A stretch of 64,000 nucleotides of DNA, from positions 1-64,000 of the IMG/VR virus record IMGVR_UViG_3300050821_001948. One strand, 5' to 3'. The stretch comes from a virus. Below, in pieces: positions 1-9,981 of this stretch. Below the pieces are notes generated by a model, which was given only the letters and a program-made list of their open reading frames with translations, made no database searches and was not told where the DNA came from. Made by a program: the position numbers and the translations under genes. Numbering within the stretch: the stretch's first letter is position 1; every line of letters starts with the position of its first letter.

Positions 1-378
1 GAACTAAATGAGTTCTCTTGGTATGACAAGATCGAGAAGAAACCTGACGGTAGTGCAGTCCAGAAGACTGGCCGTAAGTTGAAGTGGCTCTTCAAGATTA
101 CCGAGGGTGAGTATGAAGGTCGTTGGGTTCGTGGTGAAACGCGGGCTAACCTCTCTACTCGTTCGGATAACGACTACCGTATTTGGGTAGAGACTGTCTT
201 GGGTCGTGAGCTTTCTCCTGGAGAGAAGTTTGATAGTGACCAGCTTGTTGGTCTTCCGGTTAAGGTTCACACGATCCATCAGGTGGATAAGAAGGATGCC
301 AAGAAGATTTGGGTCAAGGTAGATGACCTTCTTCCAGCTTCAGGTGGTTTCCAGTTTGACGACGAGCCTCCGTTTTGA
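1..378 (+). CDS. Single-stranded DNA-binding protein-like (5' truncated)
   Basis: Frame is open from position 1 (ELNEFSWYDK...); acidic-aromatic C-terminal tail FQFDDEPPF is typical of phage SSBs; lies in the replication module. Confidence 0.6.
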   Translation, partial: ELNEFSWYDKIEKKPDGSAVQKTGRKLKWLFKITEGEYEGRWVRGETRANLSTRSDNDYRIWVETVLGRELSPGEKFDSDQLVGLPVKVHTIHQVDKKDAKKIWVKVDDLLPASGGFQFDDEPPF

Positions 379-803
379 TCCTAAATACCCCATGTGGACA
401 CGAGGTCATCATTGATGACGAAGATGTTTCGCGTCTAACGGGAAGTGTTTCATTAGGTAGTCACGGTTATGCTCAGATGTGGAATGGAAGAACGGTGGTT
501 CTAGTTCATCGCGTCCTGATGAATGCTCCGCCTAGAATAAAAGTGGACCATAAAGATCGTGATCCATTAAACTGTCGGAAATCAAACCTTCGTTTAGTTA
601 CCGATAGCGAGTCTAGTTCGAACGTTTCTGGCCGAGGTAAATCCTCTTATCGAGGCGTATATGCCACTCCTAGCGGTCGCTGGGCTGCGTCGGTTAAATA
701 CGGGGGAACTAAGTACCATCTTGGTACTTTTGATACCGAAGAAGAGGCCGCTATGGCTGCAAGAGAGCGCAGGCTAGAATTACTGCCTGGCGCGGTCGAT
801 TAG
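375..803 (+). CDS. HNH endonuclease with C-terminal AP2 domain
   Basis: VHR...VDHKDRDPLNCRKSNLR HNH motif followed by SYRGV...GRWAA...HLGTFDTEEEAA AP2 motif. Confidence 0.9.
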   Translation: MILNTPCGHEVIIDDEDVSRLTGSVSLGSHGYAQMWNGRTVVLVHRVLMNAPPRIKVDHKDRDPLNCRKSNLRLVTDSESSSNVSGRGKSSYRGVYATPSGRWAASVKYGGTKYHLGTFDTEEEAAMAARERRLELLPGAVD

Positions 804-813
804 GAGGAGTGAG

Positions 814-1323
814 ATGAGGCGTAAGGGTAAACTTGCTTCCGGACGTTCTCCACGTTGGGCTTTTATGGAGAGGTTTGAGGTTCCAAATTATGATGAGGAA
901 GGAAACTATCTCACTAGGTGGAGGATTCTTCAGACCCCCTGGTTTGCCTTCTACCTTCATAGATTCGACGGTCCAGACCCGAGGCCCACTCTGCATGATC
1001 ACCCCTTCAATTTTACAGCAGTAGTTTTGCGGGGTGGCTACGTGGAGCGCAGGCTGAATCCTGCAACCCTAGAGGTGGATGAGAATCATATGATTCGATT
1101 CTTTAATAGGGTGAAAGCCGGTGATGCTCATTCGATTAGACGTCTCCTTCGGTATCCAACTTGGACATTCCTTTTCGTTGGTCGTCGCGTAAGACAGTGG
1201 GGTTACGTTGAACCCATTGGTGAGTCCATGGAGAATGGTTGGGTCTGGATGCCGTTCGATGTCCATCATCATAACTTAGAGTTTCAGGAAGCGCTAGCGC
1301 GCAGGAAGAAGATCAGTAAGTGA
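814..1323 (+). CDS. Cupin-fold phage protein
   Basis: YLHRF..PD..TLHDHPFNF...VLRGGYVE...H metal-binding cupin-like pattern; SD AGGAG upstream. Confidence 0.6.
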   Translation: MRRKGKLASGRSPRWAFMERFEVPNYDEEGNYLTRWRILQTPWFAFYLHRFDGPDPRPTLHDHPFNFTAVVLRGGYVERRLNPATLEVDENHMIRFFNRVKAGDAHSIRRLLRYPTWTFLFVGRRVRQWGYVEPIGESMENGWVWMPFDVHHHNLEFQEALARRKKISK

Positions 1324-1973
1324 CTGAAAAGGTCGTTACTAGTAATCGTCTTGATGGATCTACGACTCTACGGGAGGCCATTTTCTCACTAGGGGAACTT
1401 GGTGTCGAGTTAGAGTCACTTGCGGGTCGTGGTTACACTCTTAATGAGCCTGTGCGCGATGGTGAGCTACTTTTAGTGAAGCCCGACCCGTGCGCCCCTA
1501 ACGATCGAGAGAAGCTCTCAGCGTCGTTCATGGAGCTGGAGGCGGTTTACAATTACGCAGCCCCTATATCCTTAGCTTGGGAAACGGACTGTGTTCATCA
1601 TGCATTATTAGCTATTGGGGAAAGGTATGATGATGAGCGTCCTGGAGTTGCCTTCTGGTTCTCGGCGCTAGATGATGAGGCTTTTGGTTATCGCGGATAC
1701 TCCTCCTACATTAAAGAGGAATATGAGGCGTTATCCGAAGACCTAGAAGACAGGGTTGCCTGGGTAAACGAGAACGTAGCGAAAATTGGTGCGGCCGAGA
1801 TATCCGAGAGGCTCCAACACAATATGCTAGTTCGTCCTCTTTCTATCTTCTGGTCGGGTGAGCCTGGCCCAATCGTAGATGTCTTGAAGAAGAACGGGCT
1901 TAATGTTGCGGACGAAGTTAATATGGGTGAGTGTATATACGTCTATCCAGCGGACTACGATTCTGACATCTAA
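1320..1973 (+). CDS. Hypothetical protein (acidic)
   Basis: 217-aa ORF coupled to the upstream gene by a GTGA overlap. Confidence 0.6.
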   Translation: MTEKVVTSNRLDGSTTLREAIFSLGELGVELESLAGRGYTLNEPVRDGELLLVKPDPCAPNDREKLSASFMELEAVYNYAAPISLAWETDCVHHALLAIGERYDDERPGVAFWFSALDDEAFGYRGYSSYIKEEYEALSEDLEDRVAWVNENVAKIGAAEISERLQHNMLVRPLSIFWSGEPGPIVDVLKKNGLNVADEVNMGECIYVYPADYDSDI

Positions 1974-2006
1974 ATTCGCTCGTTCTTTTTAGGAAAGGAT
2001 CAAGTC

Positions 2007-3995
2007 ATGGACGAGCTGAATATAGTTGAATATCTAGCCTCCAAAGGTAAGCACGGTAAGCGTGGCCCCGGCAATGAGATGATCTATGCCTGCTTCTTTG
2101 ATTGCGGCAGGAACGATGATGACCGTAAGAAGAAGCTCTATGTAAACACTGAAGAGGGCTGGTACTCCTGTAAGGTATGTGGGTCAGAGGGTGGAACCTT
2201 CTTACTTCAGAAGCACTTCGGGGATACCCCCGAGCGCACGAAGATCATTGGGGTAAACAACCAGGCCCGTCGCGAGATCTTAAACTCAGCTAGCGTTCTT
2301 GGCGCAGAGAATCTTCTAGCTAATGATGACGTCCTTCTCTATCTCATCAGTCGTGGCCTTGAAGCAGAGACCATCGAGAGATACCAGCTCGGTTTTATTG
2401 GTAACGGCTGGTCCTTGGCGCAATCCCTTGAGGGCAACTGGACGAAGGAAGACATCCGTTCCTCGGGGCTAGTTCACAGGGACGGCCAGCGCCAGGACAG
2501 AGATGTCTTCTGGAATCACATTCTCATTCCTTATCAGTCACGCGGACAGATTGTTCAAATCCGTGGTCGTATCGCTGATCCGAATCCTCCTAGTGGTACC
2601 CCCAAGTACCTGAGTGGCCCCGCCGAGCCCGTCCGCATCTATAACAGTGACGATCTTGACTGCGAAGATGTTATCGTTACTGAGGGTGAATTCGATTGTC
2701 TAGTCGTCAGACAGCTACTAGATAAGAGTACTGAAGAGAAGTATAGAAATATCGGAGTTGTTGGACTATCCGGCAGTGGCGCTTTGCCCGAGAATCTTGA
2801 GTCTCTCTTTTCCAACGTGAAGCGTATCTATACCGGATTCGACCCTGATAAGTCAGGCGTCAAGGGCGCTCAGCGCTTAAAGGATGCTCTAGGTGCTAGG
2901 GTTAGGGATCTATCTTTCCCGCCTGATATCGTGGCTGAGGCTTTCAAGGTTGGTAAGGTTGATAGCGATATAGACTGGTCGTTGCTCGTTAATGAATTTG
3001 GTCTAACTTGGCGCCACGTGGTATCGATGATATCTACGGCATCAGGGAAGCGCGTTTTCTCTATGGCTGAAGCGCGCCTCAGGAGAAGGACGCTCCGTTC
3101 TGGTAAGCCGAACTACCAGACTGGTATAGGTGCTCTTGATGACATCATTGACGGCGGCATGCACGCTGGCCAGCTCATGGTTCTCATGGCTCGCACTGGT
3201 GTTGGTAAGACGACACTTCTCTGCAACCTTGCCTATTATATGCGCAGCTATAGGATTCTTTTCATCTCTCTCGAAATGACCCAGGAGGAAGTTGCTGGTG
3301 TCATGGAGAAGATCTACTACTTCCATAATCCGAAGGCTACGAGTGAGGCTATTGATAGCGGCCTCGGGAACGTATATATCTTTGATGAGAACCGAATTGA
3401 TGATCAAGGACTCAACCAGATCATTGATGAATACGAGGTTGAGGTTGGGGCTAGACCTGAAATTGTAATGGTAGACTATCTTGGATACTTCGCCCGATCT
3501 GCTACTGGTTCAACACCCTATGAGAAGACGAGCAATGCTGTCATGCAGTTGAAGGCAGCGGCTAAAGGTGGAGGATCTTCTGATCCTCGGAAGCGCTTTG
3601 TTTGTATCTCTCCGACTCAGGCGAACAGAACGGTCAAGGAGGGTAAGCCGCTAGAACTTGATAGCGCCCGCGAGAGTGGTGTTATCGAGGAGACTGCTGA
3701 CTTTTTCTTCTCCCTTTGGCGCCCCGGTGACGCAGTAGGCGTGTCAGAATTAGGCGGCGAGGTTCAGAGATCTAATATTGTCATGCTTGATGTACTAAAA
3801 TCCCGTCATGGCGGTCGTGGGCGGAATGTCCAGTTAGTTTGGGATGAAACGTTCCTCGTCATGGCCGAATATGGCGATCACTCATTCGAGGCAAAGAGGG
3901 TTAAGTCACACAACACTAAGGCAGCACGTGGTGTCACTTATGAAAAGATGAGAGCTGAAGAAGATGGTTCCGGACAAAGCGCTATGGCGCTCTAG
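2007..3995 (+). CDS. DNA primase-helicase (Zn finger + TOPRIM + DnaB-like SF4 helicase)
   Basis: N-terminal C..C...CKVC zinc finger, TEGEFD and FDPD TOPRIM motifs, ARTGVGKT Walker A, VDYL Walker B, QANR, KSRHG. Confidence 0.93.
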   Translation: MDELNIVEYLASKGKHGKRGPGNEMIYACFFDCGRNDDDRKKKLYVNTEEGWYSCKVCGSEGGTFLLQKHFGDTPERTKIIGVNNQARREILNSASVLGAENLLANDDVLLYLISRGLEAETIERYQLGFIGNGWSLAQSLEGNWTKEDIRSSGLVHRDGQRQDRDVFWNHILIPYQSRGQIVQIRGRIADPNPPSGTPKYLSGPAEPVRIYNSDDLDCEDVIVTEGEFDCLVVRQLLDKSTEEKYRNIGVVGLSGSGALPENLESLFSNVKRIYTGFDPDKSGVKGAQRLKDALGARVRDLSFPPDIVAEAFKVGKVDSDIDWSLLVNEFGLTWRHVVSMISTASGKRVFSMAEARLRRRTLRSGKPNYQTGIGALDDIIDGGMHAGQLMVLMARTGVGKTTLLCNLAYYMRSYRILFISLEMTQEEVAGVMEKIYYFHNPKATSEAIDSGLGNVYIFDENRIDDQGLNQIIDEYEVEVGARPEIVMVDYLGYFARSATGSTPYEKTSNAVMQLKAAAKGGGSSDPRKRFVCISPTQANRTVKEGKPLELDSARESGVIEETADFFFSLWRPGDAVGVSELGGEVQRSNIVMLDVLKSRHGGRGRNVQLVWDETFLVMAEYGDHSFEAKRVKSHNTKAARGVTYEKMRAEEDGSGQSAMAL

Positions 3996-4003
3996 GAGTT
4001 GAC

Positions 4004-4534
4004 ATGCCAGCACCTTTGAAGTATGAGCACGTCTTTGATGAGTGTGAAAGACCGTTACCTCATGATGGGCCGTGTGTTAATCCAAACATCGGTGCGACAT
4101 GGGTTGATTGGGACGACCTACCTCAGGAGCCCTGGCATGAAATTGTTCCGCGCCTATTTATTGGTTCGTCTACCGATGAGCAGCCTACTTCAGATGAATT
4201 TGATGCGGTAGTAACTATGTGGAATCGTGCACCTAGGGTGATTGGTGTAGAGGAGCTTCGGTTTGAGGTACCAGATCATCACGTTCCTCCCCTAGCTGAT
4301 CTTGCGGCAACTGTTGATTGGGTCTTAGGTCGCCATTCGGAGGGGAAGTATGTTCTCGTTAGGTGTCAGGCCGGATTGAACCGCAGTTCTCTGGTCGTTG
4401 CTTCTACGATGATAGAACTTGGTTACTCACCCACTAAGGCAATAGACCTGATTAGACAAAAGAGAAGCAAGTACACTCTGTGTAATCAGCATTTCTACGA
4501 CCATCTAATGAGTTTAGAGGGTAAGAATGTCTGA
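4004..4534 (+). CDS. Dual-specificity/tyrosine protein phosphatase
   Basis: VLVRCQAGLNRS CX5R catalytic loop; EIVPRLFIG and AIDLIRQKR flanking motifs. Confidence 0.88.
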   Translation: MPAPLKYEHVFDECERPLPHDGPCVNPNIGATWVDWDDLPQEPWHEIVPRLFIGSSTDEQPTSDEFDAVVTMWNRAPRVIGVEELRFEVPDHHVPPLADLAATVDWVLGRHSEGKYVLVRCQAGLNRSSLVVASTMIELGYSPTKAIDLIRQKRSKYTLCNQHFYDHLMSLEGKNV

Positions 4535-4790
4535 CGATGAGGTAGCCCATTCGATAACAGATGCAATCCAGTCTACGCTGGCTTCAACTGGTGATATCAG
4601 AATGATAACTAGGTCTCTTATTGTATTTGAATCAATAGATGAGGATGGAGCAAAGAGTATCACCCTCATTCCCGGTGATGAAATGTCTGGATGGGACATA
4701 GTGGCATTTGCTGCCTATGCGGACGAGGTGGGGCGCCAAGAGATTAGAGATATGATATATGGAGAGCTGGAAGAGGAAGAAGATGATTAA
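4527..4790 (+). CDS. Hypothetical protein
   Basis: 87-aa ORF overlapping both neighbours, with SD. Confidence 0.55.
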   Translation: MSDDEVAHSITDAIQSTLASTGDIRMITRSLIVFESIDEDGAKSITLIPGDEMSGWDIVAFAAYADEVGRQEIRDMIYGELEEEEDD

Positions 4791-5235
4791 GTCCGCTGCC
4801 GAATTCGTCCAGCTCTGCGAGAACCGTTTAGGTTGGACGGTTGACTTTGAGAGCAAGACCCCTCATTACACGCAGCGCGCTATTATGATTAGCCGTGTGA
4901 AAAAGGCTATGATAAAAGATCCAAGTATTACTTATGAGGGATTAGAGTTGACTGTTGAGTATTCTTGGAAGAAGCGCATGCCTATTACTTCTCCTCTTAT
5001 GATTTTCCCAAGGGTTAAGGAAGCTCTTGAATGGGCTAACTTGGCAAAGCCAAAGACTGACCTGGAAACTAGACGTCTCAATGCTATTCATAGTGAGATA
5101 GGTTCTGGTTTACCACAAAGTTCTATGTGGGTACGCCGACTTCAGCGTTCATACGGTGACGGCGTTGAGGATGTCCTTGAAGAGTGGGAAGAAGCGCGGC
5201 GTGTCGAGGCCGAACTTTCCAGCGATGCAGGATAA
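4783..5235 (+). CDS. Hypothetical protein
   Basis: ATG at 4783 overlaps the upstream stop; SD GAGGA. Confidence 0.55.
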   Translation: MIKSAAEFVQLCENRLGWTVDFESKTPHYTQRAIMISRVKKAMIKDPSITYEGLELTVEYSWKKRMPITSPLMIFPRVKEALEWANLAKPKTDLETRRLNAIHSEIGSGLPQSSMWVRRLQRSYGDGVEDVLEEWEEARRVEAELSSDAG

Positions 5236-5241
5236 TTAATT
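5197..5241 (+). promoter_or_regulatory. Putative WhiA/WhiB-type promoter (CGGCGTGTCG ... GATAAT), probably leaderless
   Basis: GTGTC at 5201-5205 (reverse complement of the GACAC WhiA motif) 41 nt before ATG 5242; no SD; near-identical geometry at 12811. Confidence 0.45.
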
Positions 5242-5571
5242 ATGGCAGAACGTGCAACTGCGAAAGTCATCAGGCACGCTCACGGATGTTCGAATGGTAA
5301 GTGTCTCACTTATTATGAGGATGCTTGTGAGGATAAAGGAACGAACGGTCTTTGTTCGAAGTGTCGAATGGGCCACTGCTGGGAATTGTTAGTTGAGAAT
5401 CGTCGCCCAAAGGATTGCTGTCTTTATGATTCAAAGAAGGCAACGAAAGAAGAGATTAAACTCTATAGATTATCCGGAAATGCAACTTGGTGGCATTGTA
5501 GTTTTTGTGCCAGGTCACAGATATTTGAACCAGGATCGTTAGCAGACCCTAGAAGATTGGAAAAGAAATGA
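5242..5571 (+). CDS. Cys-rich zinc-binding hypothetical protein
   Basis: Multiple Cys motifs (CSNGKC, CSKC, DCC, CSFC). Confidence 0.6.
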   Translation: MAERATAKVIRHAHGCSNGKCLTYYEDACEDKGTNGLCSKCRMGHCWELLVENRRPKDCCLYDSKKATKEEIKLYRLSGNATWWHCSFCARSQIFEPGSLADPRRLEKK

Positions 5572-5939
5572 CAGCAGATACGTGGGACTACACTGTGAAA
5601 GTGTTTGGCTTTGAAGGAGAGGTAGATCCGGAAGGAGAGATAGATCCGGCAGAGTATGGGGCTCGTAAGCTCCCAGCTACCATCCCTCCATTTGAGGGTC
5701 AGGAAGTTAGCGCGACGAAGGTTTCTTTTGCCTCTGGTACAAACCTAGAGGTTGAGGACCGGGTTTACCGCAGCGAGGATATTGTCCGCTTCGTTGTGGA
5801 GGCTCGGGTTGCTGGTATTAACCACAAGACGAACGAGAAGACCGGGCTCCTTGAGCGCGTTCATTCGTTGAAGGTTGTTGATGTCACCGAGATTCCTTAC
5901 GAATTGGATCTTGACGATCTCCTGAACAAGGACAAGTGA
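5568..5939 (+). CDS. Hypothetical protein
   Basis: 123-aa ORF with ATGA overlap; contains an 18-bp tandem duplication (EGEVDP EGEIDP). Confidence 0.6.
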   Translation: MTADTWDYTVKVFGFEGEVDPEGEIDPAEYGARKLPATIPPFEGQEVSATKVSFASGTNLEVEDRVYRSEDIVRFVVEARVAGINHKTNEKTGLLERVHSLKVVDVTEIPYELDLDDLLNKDK

Positions 5940-6178
5940 CGCTTGGAATTAGCTGGCCAGAATGGATGCTCGAAGGATCTTGTCGCCAGATTCCGAAAGA
6001 GAATTTGGACCGAGTATTCTGGGGGACGAACACCGACTTGGCAGCAATAGAGGCAGCAAAAACCGTTTGTTTAGGATGTCCCGTCAGGGAAACGTGCTTA
6101 GAATATGCTCTCCAGAAAACCGTTGACGGTATCTGGGGTGGTACCACACCGGAAGACAGAAAGGAATTAAGTAAGTGA
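5936..6178 (+). CDS. whiB: WhiB family Fe-S transcription factor
   Basis: Four Cys (C...CLGCPVRETC) plus the GIWGGTT turn motif. Confidence 0.93.
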   Translation: MTLGISWPEWMLEGSCRQIPKENLDRVFWGTNTDLAAIEAAKTVCLGCPVRETCLEYALQKTVDGIWGGTTPEDRKELSK

Positions 6179-6804
6179 GTCTCACTATTCGCACCATGAC
6201 TAGCTACATAGATGGTGTTGCAATGGAGTACACGACGCCCGGTGACATTAAGTCTAACGGGCTGAGTATTACTCATGTCATCTTTATCCCTGAGGATGGT
6301 TTCTCGTCCGAGATTCAAGAATTCCTGACGGCAGCTAACGAGCTTCTTGAGAATGCGCTTGATGTCTTCGAGGATGCCCCTAACTTTGTTCCACGTAGAC
6401 CAAGTGAGGTTGACGATGAATAGGGCTGAGATGTATCGGACGATTTTGGATACGCTTTCAGATTTCAGTTTCCCTGACGAGAATTTGATAGTCGATACCG
6501 AGGGAAGTTATACTTCGCTGGCCTTAAACCTGTCTAGAATCTTGACTGATGCACTTGAAGAGGAGTTTTAATGGCGTCCAGGTTTCTTTCGGGGGAAAAC
6601 CCGAAAGCGTTTGAGGTTACAGCTCCGTCACTACGTGAGCTATTTATAAATGCTCATGATTTAGTTGACGCATTCTCTTCTCCTTGTGAGCCGACATTAT
6701 TGGCCCTTGATTTCGCAGTTGAGTTCGATAGTGATGAATTGGAAGAGTATAGGGCTACTCTAGTATTTTCGGGTGCAAATGATGATGAGGTTGGGGAACT
6801 ATAA
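6175..6804 (+). CDS. Three small hypothetical proteins (6175-6423, ~6416-6571, 6571-6804)
   Basis: Contiguous, translationally coupled acidic ORFs. Confidence 0.5.
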
Positions 6805-7379
6805 TGTTAATTGGTCTATCTGGTTACGCGCGTTCCGGTAAAGATACAGTCGCTCAGTTTATTATTGACGATTACGGTTTTGTTCGTCGCGCTTTTGCTG
6901 ATAAGTTAAAGGCGGCTCTAATTCGTCTTAATCCAATGGTTGATTACGTATCACCGACAAGTGGTAAAACGGAATGGTTCAGACTAACTGATGCAATTCG
7001 CTACTATGGCGGTCTTGAATCGTTGAAGTCTAATTCCCCTGAACTCAGAGCACTTATGCAGCGATTGGGTACAGAGGTTGGGCGCGATACCTTTGGTACC
7101 AACTTCTGGGTGGACCAGGCTCTGGGTGAAGTGTTCGGCGGACTTGATATAGTAGTGACTGATGTGAGGTTCGAAAATGAGGTAGACGCAATTCGTAATC
7201 GCGGTGGAGTTGTTTGGCGGATTAGCCGTTCAGGTGTCGCTCCAGTCAATGGGCACTCCAGCGAAACAGCAATTGATCATGTTGACTTTGATCGGTACAT
7301 TTCGAATGACGGGACACTTGAAGAACTACATGATCAGGTTACAGCGATAATGGACCCAGTTGGGTCCGCGCATGAGTGA
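6804..7379 (+). CDS. Deoxynucleoside monophosphate kinase
   Basis: IGLSGYARSGKDT P-loop, FADKLK, RALMQRLGTEVGR, VTDVRFENE, HSSE motifs of T4 gp1-like dNMP kinases. Confidence 0.9.
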   Translation: MLIGLSGYARSGKDTVAQFIIDDYGFVRRAFADKLKAALIRLNPMVDYVSPTSGKTEWFRLTDAIRYYGGLESLKSNSPELRALMQRLGTEVGRDTFGTNFWVDQALGEVFGGLDIVVTDVRFENEVDAIRNRGGVVWRISRSGVAPVNGHSSETAIDHVDFDRYISNDGTLEELHDQVTAIMDPVGSAHE

Positions 7380-8202
7380 ACCAACGGTTCCCTACGCTGA
7401 GGTCATTGCCGACAGCATAAATGATAGGGATGACCGATTAACAACGATGAAGGTGGTTGCTCATCGGTTTGTGTTGGCTGAATTCAATACCCATAGAGTG
7501 TTTAGTAGAAATTCTGCTAGCTCTCGTGCTATCCCGCTAGAGAAGCAGCTTGAGAGGGTTAAGACAGATCCGGCATGGCCCCTAACTTGGCCAGCCGAGC
7601 AACCTGGAATGCAGGGTGGTGGAGAACTTGAGGGCACCTATAAGACATGGGCTGAGGGACTTTTTCTAAAGGCCAGGGATGCCGTTGTTGCCGAAGTAGA
7701 GTCATATATGAATAATGTTCTAAAGGAGTCTCGGCTTCACAAGAGTTATATCAACCGCCTCCTTGAACCATTCATGTGGCACACGATTATAGTTAGTTCA
7801 ACGGAATGGGAAAATTTCTTCGCTCAGCGATGTTCCCCATTGGCTCAACCTGAAATTAGATGGGCTGCTGAGGCTATGGAGCGCGCTCTAATATCATCCA
7901 CTCCTGTTAAACGTAGTAATTCATGGCACCTTCCCCTAGTAGATGAAGATCTACGTAAGCGCGTTGGTGATAACACGGCAGCTAAAATATCGGCCGCTAG
8001 ATGTGCTAGAGTTTCTTATCTAACCCATGATGGGGTTGTAGATCCAGTAAAAGACATTGATCTATATACTAGACTTGCGACCGCCAAGCCACCTCATTGG
8101 TCACCACTAGAGCATGCAGCCAGACCTTCGCGTTCCGGCGAGAGATCTGCTAATTTTAAGGGATGGACTCAGTTGAGGCAGATCGAAGAAGATGCTTCTT
8201 GA
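7372..8202 (+). CDS. thyX: Flavin-dependent thymidylate synthase
   Basis: EFNTHRVFSRNSASSRAIP, AQPEIR, SAARCARVSY, HWSPLEH motifs of phage ThyX-like proteins. Confidence 0.85.
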   Translation: MSEPTVPYAEVIADSINDRDDRLTTMKVVAHRFVLAEFNTHRVFSRNSASSRAIPLEKQLERVKTDPAWPLTWPAEQPGMQGGGELEGTYKTWAEGLFLKARDAVVAEVESYMNNVLKESRLHKSYINRLLEPFMWHTIIVSSTEWENFFAQRCSPLAQPEIRWAAEAMERALISSTPVKRSNSWHLPLVDEDLRKRVGDNTAAKISAARCARVSYLTHDGVVDPVKDIDLYTRLATAKPPHWSPLEHAARPSRSGERSANFKGWTQLRQIEEDAS

Positions 8203-8722
8203 ATCTGATGCGCTTAGAGTTGAATATGAAACTGTGGTGGAAAAGCGTGGGTCTTACCAGAGGCCAATATATATTTTCCGCTGCTATAGTTGTGGTAAAG
8301 AGATGCGAAAGCAGCGCAGTTCATTATCTCGCCATTCCGGGTTTTGCGTTAGATGTGTAAAGAGAAATAGACATCCCTTACGTACAGTGTACAGCTCAAT
8401 GCGTTCCTCCTGTTTAAGGGAAAACAAGAGGTCCGGTAGAGATTGTCCCTTTGATTTAACTTTTGAGGAGTTTTTAGTTCATACCCAAGTCTCTTGCTGT
8501 ACCTATTGTGGGGGAGGGGTCAAATGGGTGAAGTATCGTAATGGACCTTCTAATATTGATAGGAAGGATAGTTCTAAAGGATATTCGGCCGATAATACGG
8601 TAGTTTGTTGTGGTACCTGTAATAGAATGAAAAGTAATTGGTATAGCTTCGAGGAGTTCGTTGCTATAAGTCGCCTACTAAGAGAGTGGATAAGTGGTAG
8701 AATGTCTCCGATGGATATCTAA
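8192..8722 (+). CDS. Free-standing HNH endonuclease
   Basis: CTYCG...IDRKDSSKGYSADNTVVCCGTCNRMK; AT-richer than neighbours. Confidence 0.85.
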   Translation: MLLESDALRVEYETVVEKRGSYQRPIYIFRCYSCGKEMRKQRSSLSRHSGFCVRCVKRNRHPLRTVYSSMRSSCLRENKRSGRDCPFDLTFEEFLVHTQVSCCTYCGGGVKWVKYRNGPSNIDRKDSSKGYSADNTVVCCGTCNRMKSNWYSFEEFVAISRLLREWISGRMSPMDI

Positions 8723-9415
8723 TGCCTAACTTTAATCCCGTTACTGAACGCGAAGAGAGAATTGATGAATTTTGCCACGGCGTGGAGAAAGGTCACTTCC
8801 GGTTAGAGAAGGATCGCTTCGTCTACGAGGACGAGAATGGTGGCTACGTTGACGTAACCGATGCGGTTCGGATGGCTGTTATTCAGCGAGCCGCATTTAG
8901 GAAGGATAAATGAGTAGGGTAATTACCCTCGGTTTAATTGCGGCGGTACTGGTACTGGGAAGAGAAGTTAAGAACTTAGCCGACCGGATCTGTATCACGG
9001 AACCAGTGGATGAGGTTGGGAATTTGTACTTTCCGAAGTTTGAGCGAAAGAAAGATCGATCACTTACTTTGGTATCAAGATCTACTCCGCTGTACGAATG
9101 GGGGGGCGACGATGTTTCCTAGAACGAATAAGATAATCGCCTACATTTGTCTTGCGGTTTTGCTTTCTACTTTAACACTTCTTGCCATTGAAATAGTTAA
9201 GAGTTGGTGAAATGTCTGATTTCCCTGAAATGTATCCAATAGATGTAAGTAAATTGATACCTGTTGGGCAATTCTGTTTTAGTCGAATAGTCCTCATGGA
9301 TGAAAATGGCGTGAATAATGTCATTAGTATGCGAATTAATGATACCGAATATGTGTTAACTCGGGAGAATTTAGAGGTATTCGCTAATGCGGCGTTGGAA
9401 GAATTAGATGAGTGA
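8722..9415 (+). CDS. Cluster of small hypothetical proteins (8722-8913, 8910-9122, ~9112-9210 membrane, 9212-9415)
   Basis: Short coupled ORFs. Confidence 0.45.
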
Positions 9416-9803
9416 ATATGAATTCCGAGTTCTTATAACTGGCTCTAGGGACTGGGATGACAGTGAACCGATTCGAACGGCTCTTAGTAATGCATTCAGG
9501 GCCATTCCAATAGGTTCTTGTCTAAAGGTTGTTCATGGTGATTGCCCCACTGGTGCAGATGCGATGGCATCCGAATGGGTTAAGGAAATGCAGACCCAGT
9601 GCTTCCCCGTATTTGAGGAACCTCATCCAGCCATTTGGTTAAAGCATGGTAAGGCTGCTGGTCCCATTCGTAATCAAGAGATGGTTGACTTGGGCGCGGA
9701 TATCTGTTTCGCATTCCCGGTTCCTAGCAGTAGAGGAACAATCCACTGTATGGGTGCAGCCGAGAAGGCTGGCATTCCTGTGGTTAATCTCGGAGTGAAG
9801 TAA
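9408..9803 (+). CDS. SLOG family (YspA/DUF2493-like) protein
   Basis: RVLITGSRDW, VVHGDCPTGAD, AAGPIRNQEM, SRGT motifs. Confidence 0.85.
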   Translation: MSEYEFRVLITGSRDWDDSEPIRTALSNAFRAIPIGSCLKVVHGDCPTGADAMASEWVKEMQTQCFPVFEEPHPAIWLKHGKAAGPIRNQEMVDLGADICFAFPVPSSRGTIHCMGAAEKAGIPVVNLGVK

Positions 9804-9813
9804 AGCCGACATT

Positions 9814-9981
9814 ATGATTATGACTTTGTATGTTTGTAGGTTCTGCTTGCACGGAGATTGCTCTAGATGCGGTAGCTTGGATTGTGCCTGCTGTGGGGAT
9901 GCCACTGAGTTGGATGTTATCCAGTATGCCGCAGAGAAGGCTTCTGAACCGCCCATGCGGTATTACGTAAATGATTGGTGA
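9814..9981 (+). CDS. 55-aa Cys-rich protein (not in the ORF track)
   Basis: Read by hand: MIMTLYVCRFCLHGDCSRCGSLDCACCGD...YVNDW*; fills the gap and overlaps the next gene. Confidence 0.55.
   Translation: MIMTLYVCRFCLHGDCSRCGSLDCACCGDATELDVIQYAAEKASEPPMRYYVNDW

Noticed and set aside
3738-3745. Third GGCGTGTC motif
   Set aside because: Inside the helicase CDS with no start codon at the matching distance
5613-5648. 18-bp tandem repeat
   Set aside because: In-frame coding duplication (EGEVDP/EGEIDP)
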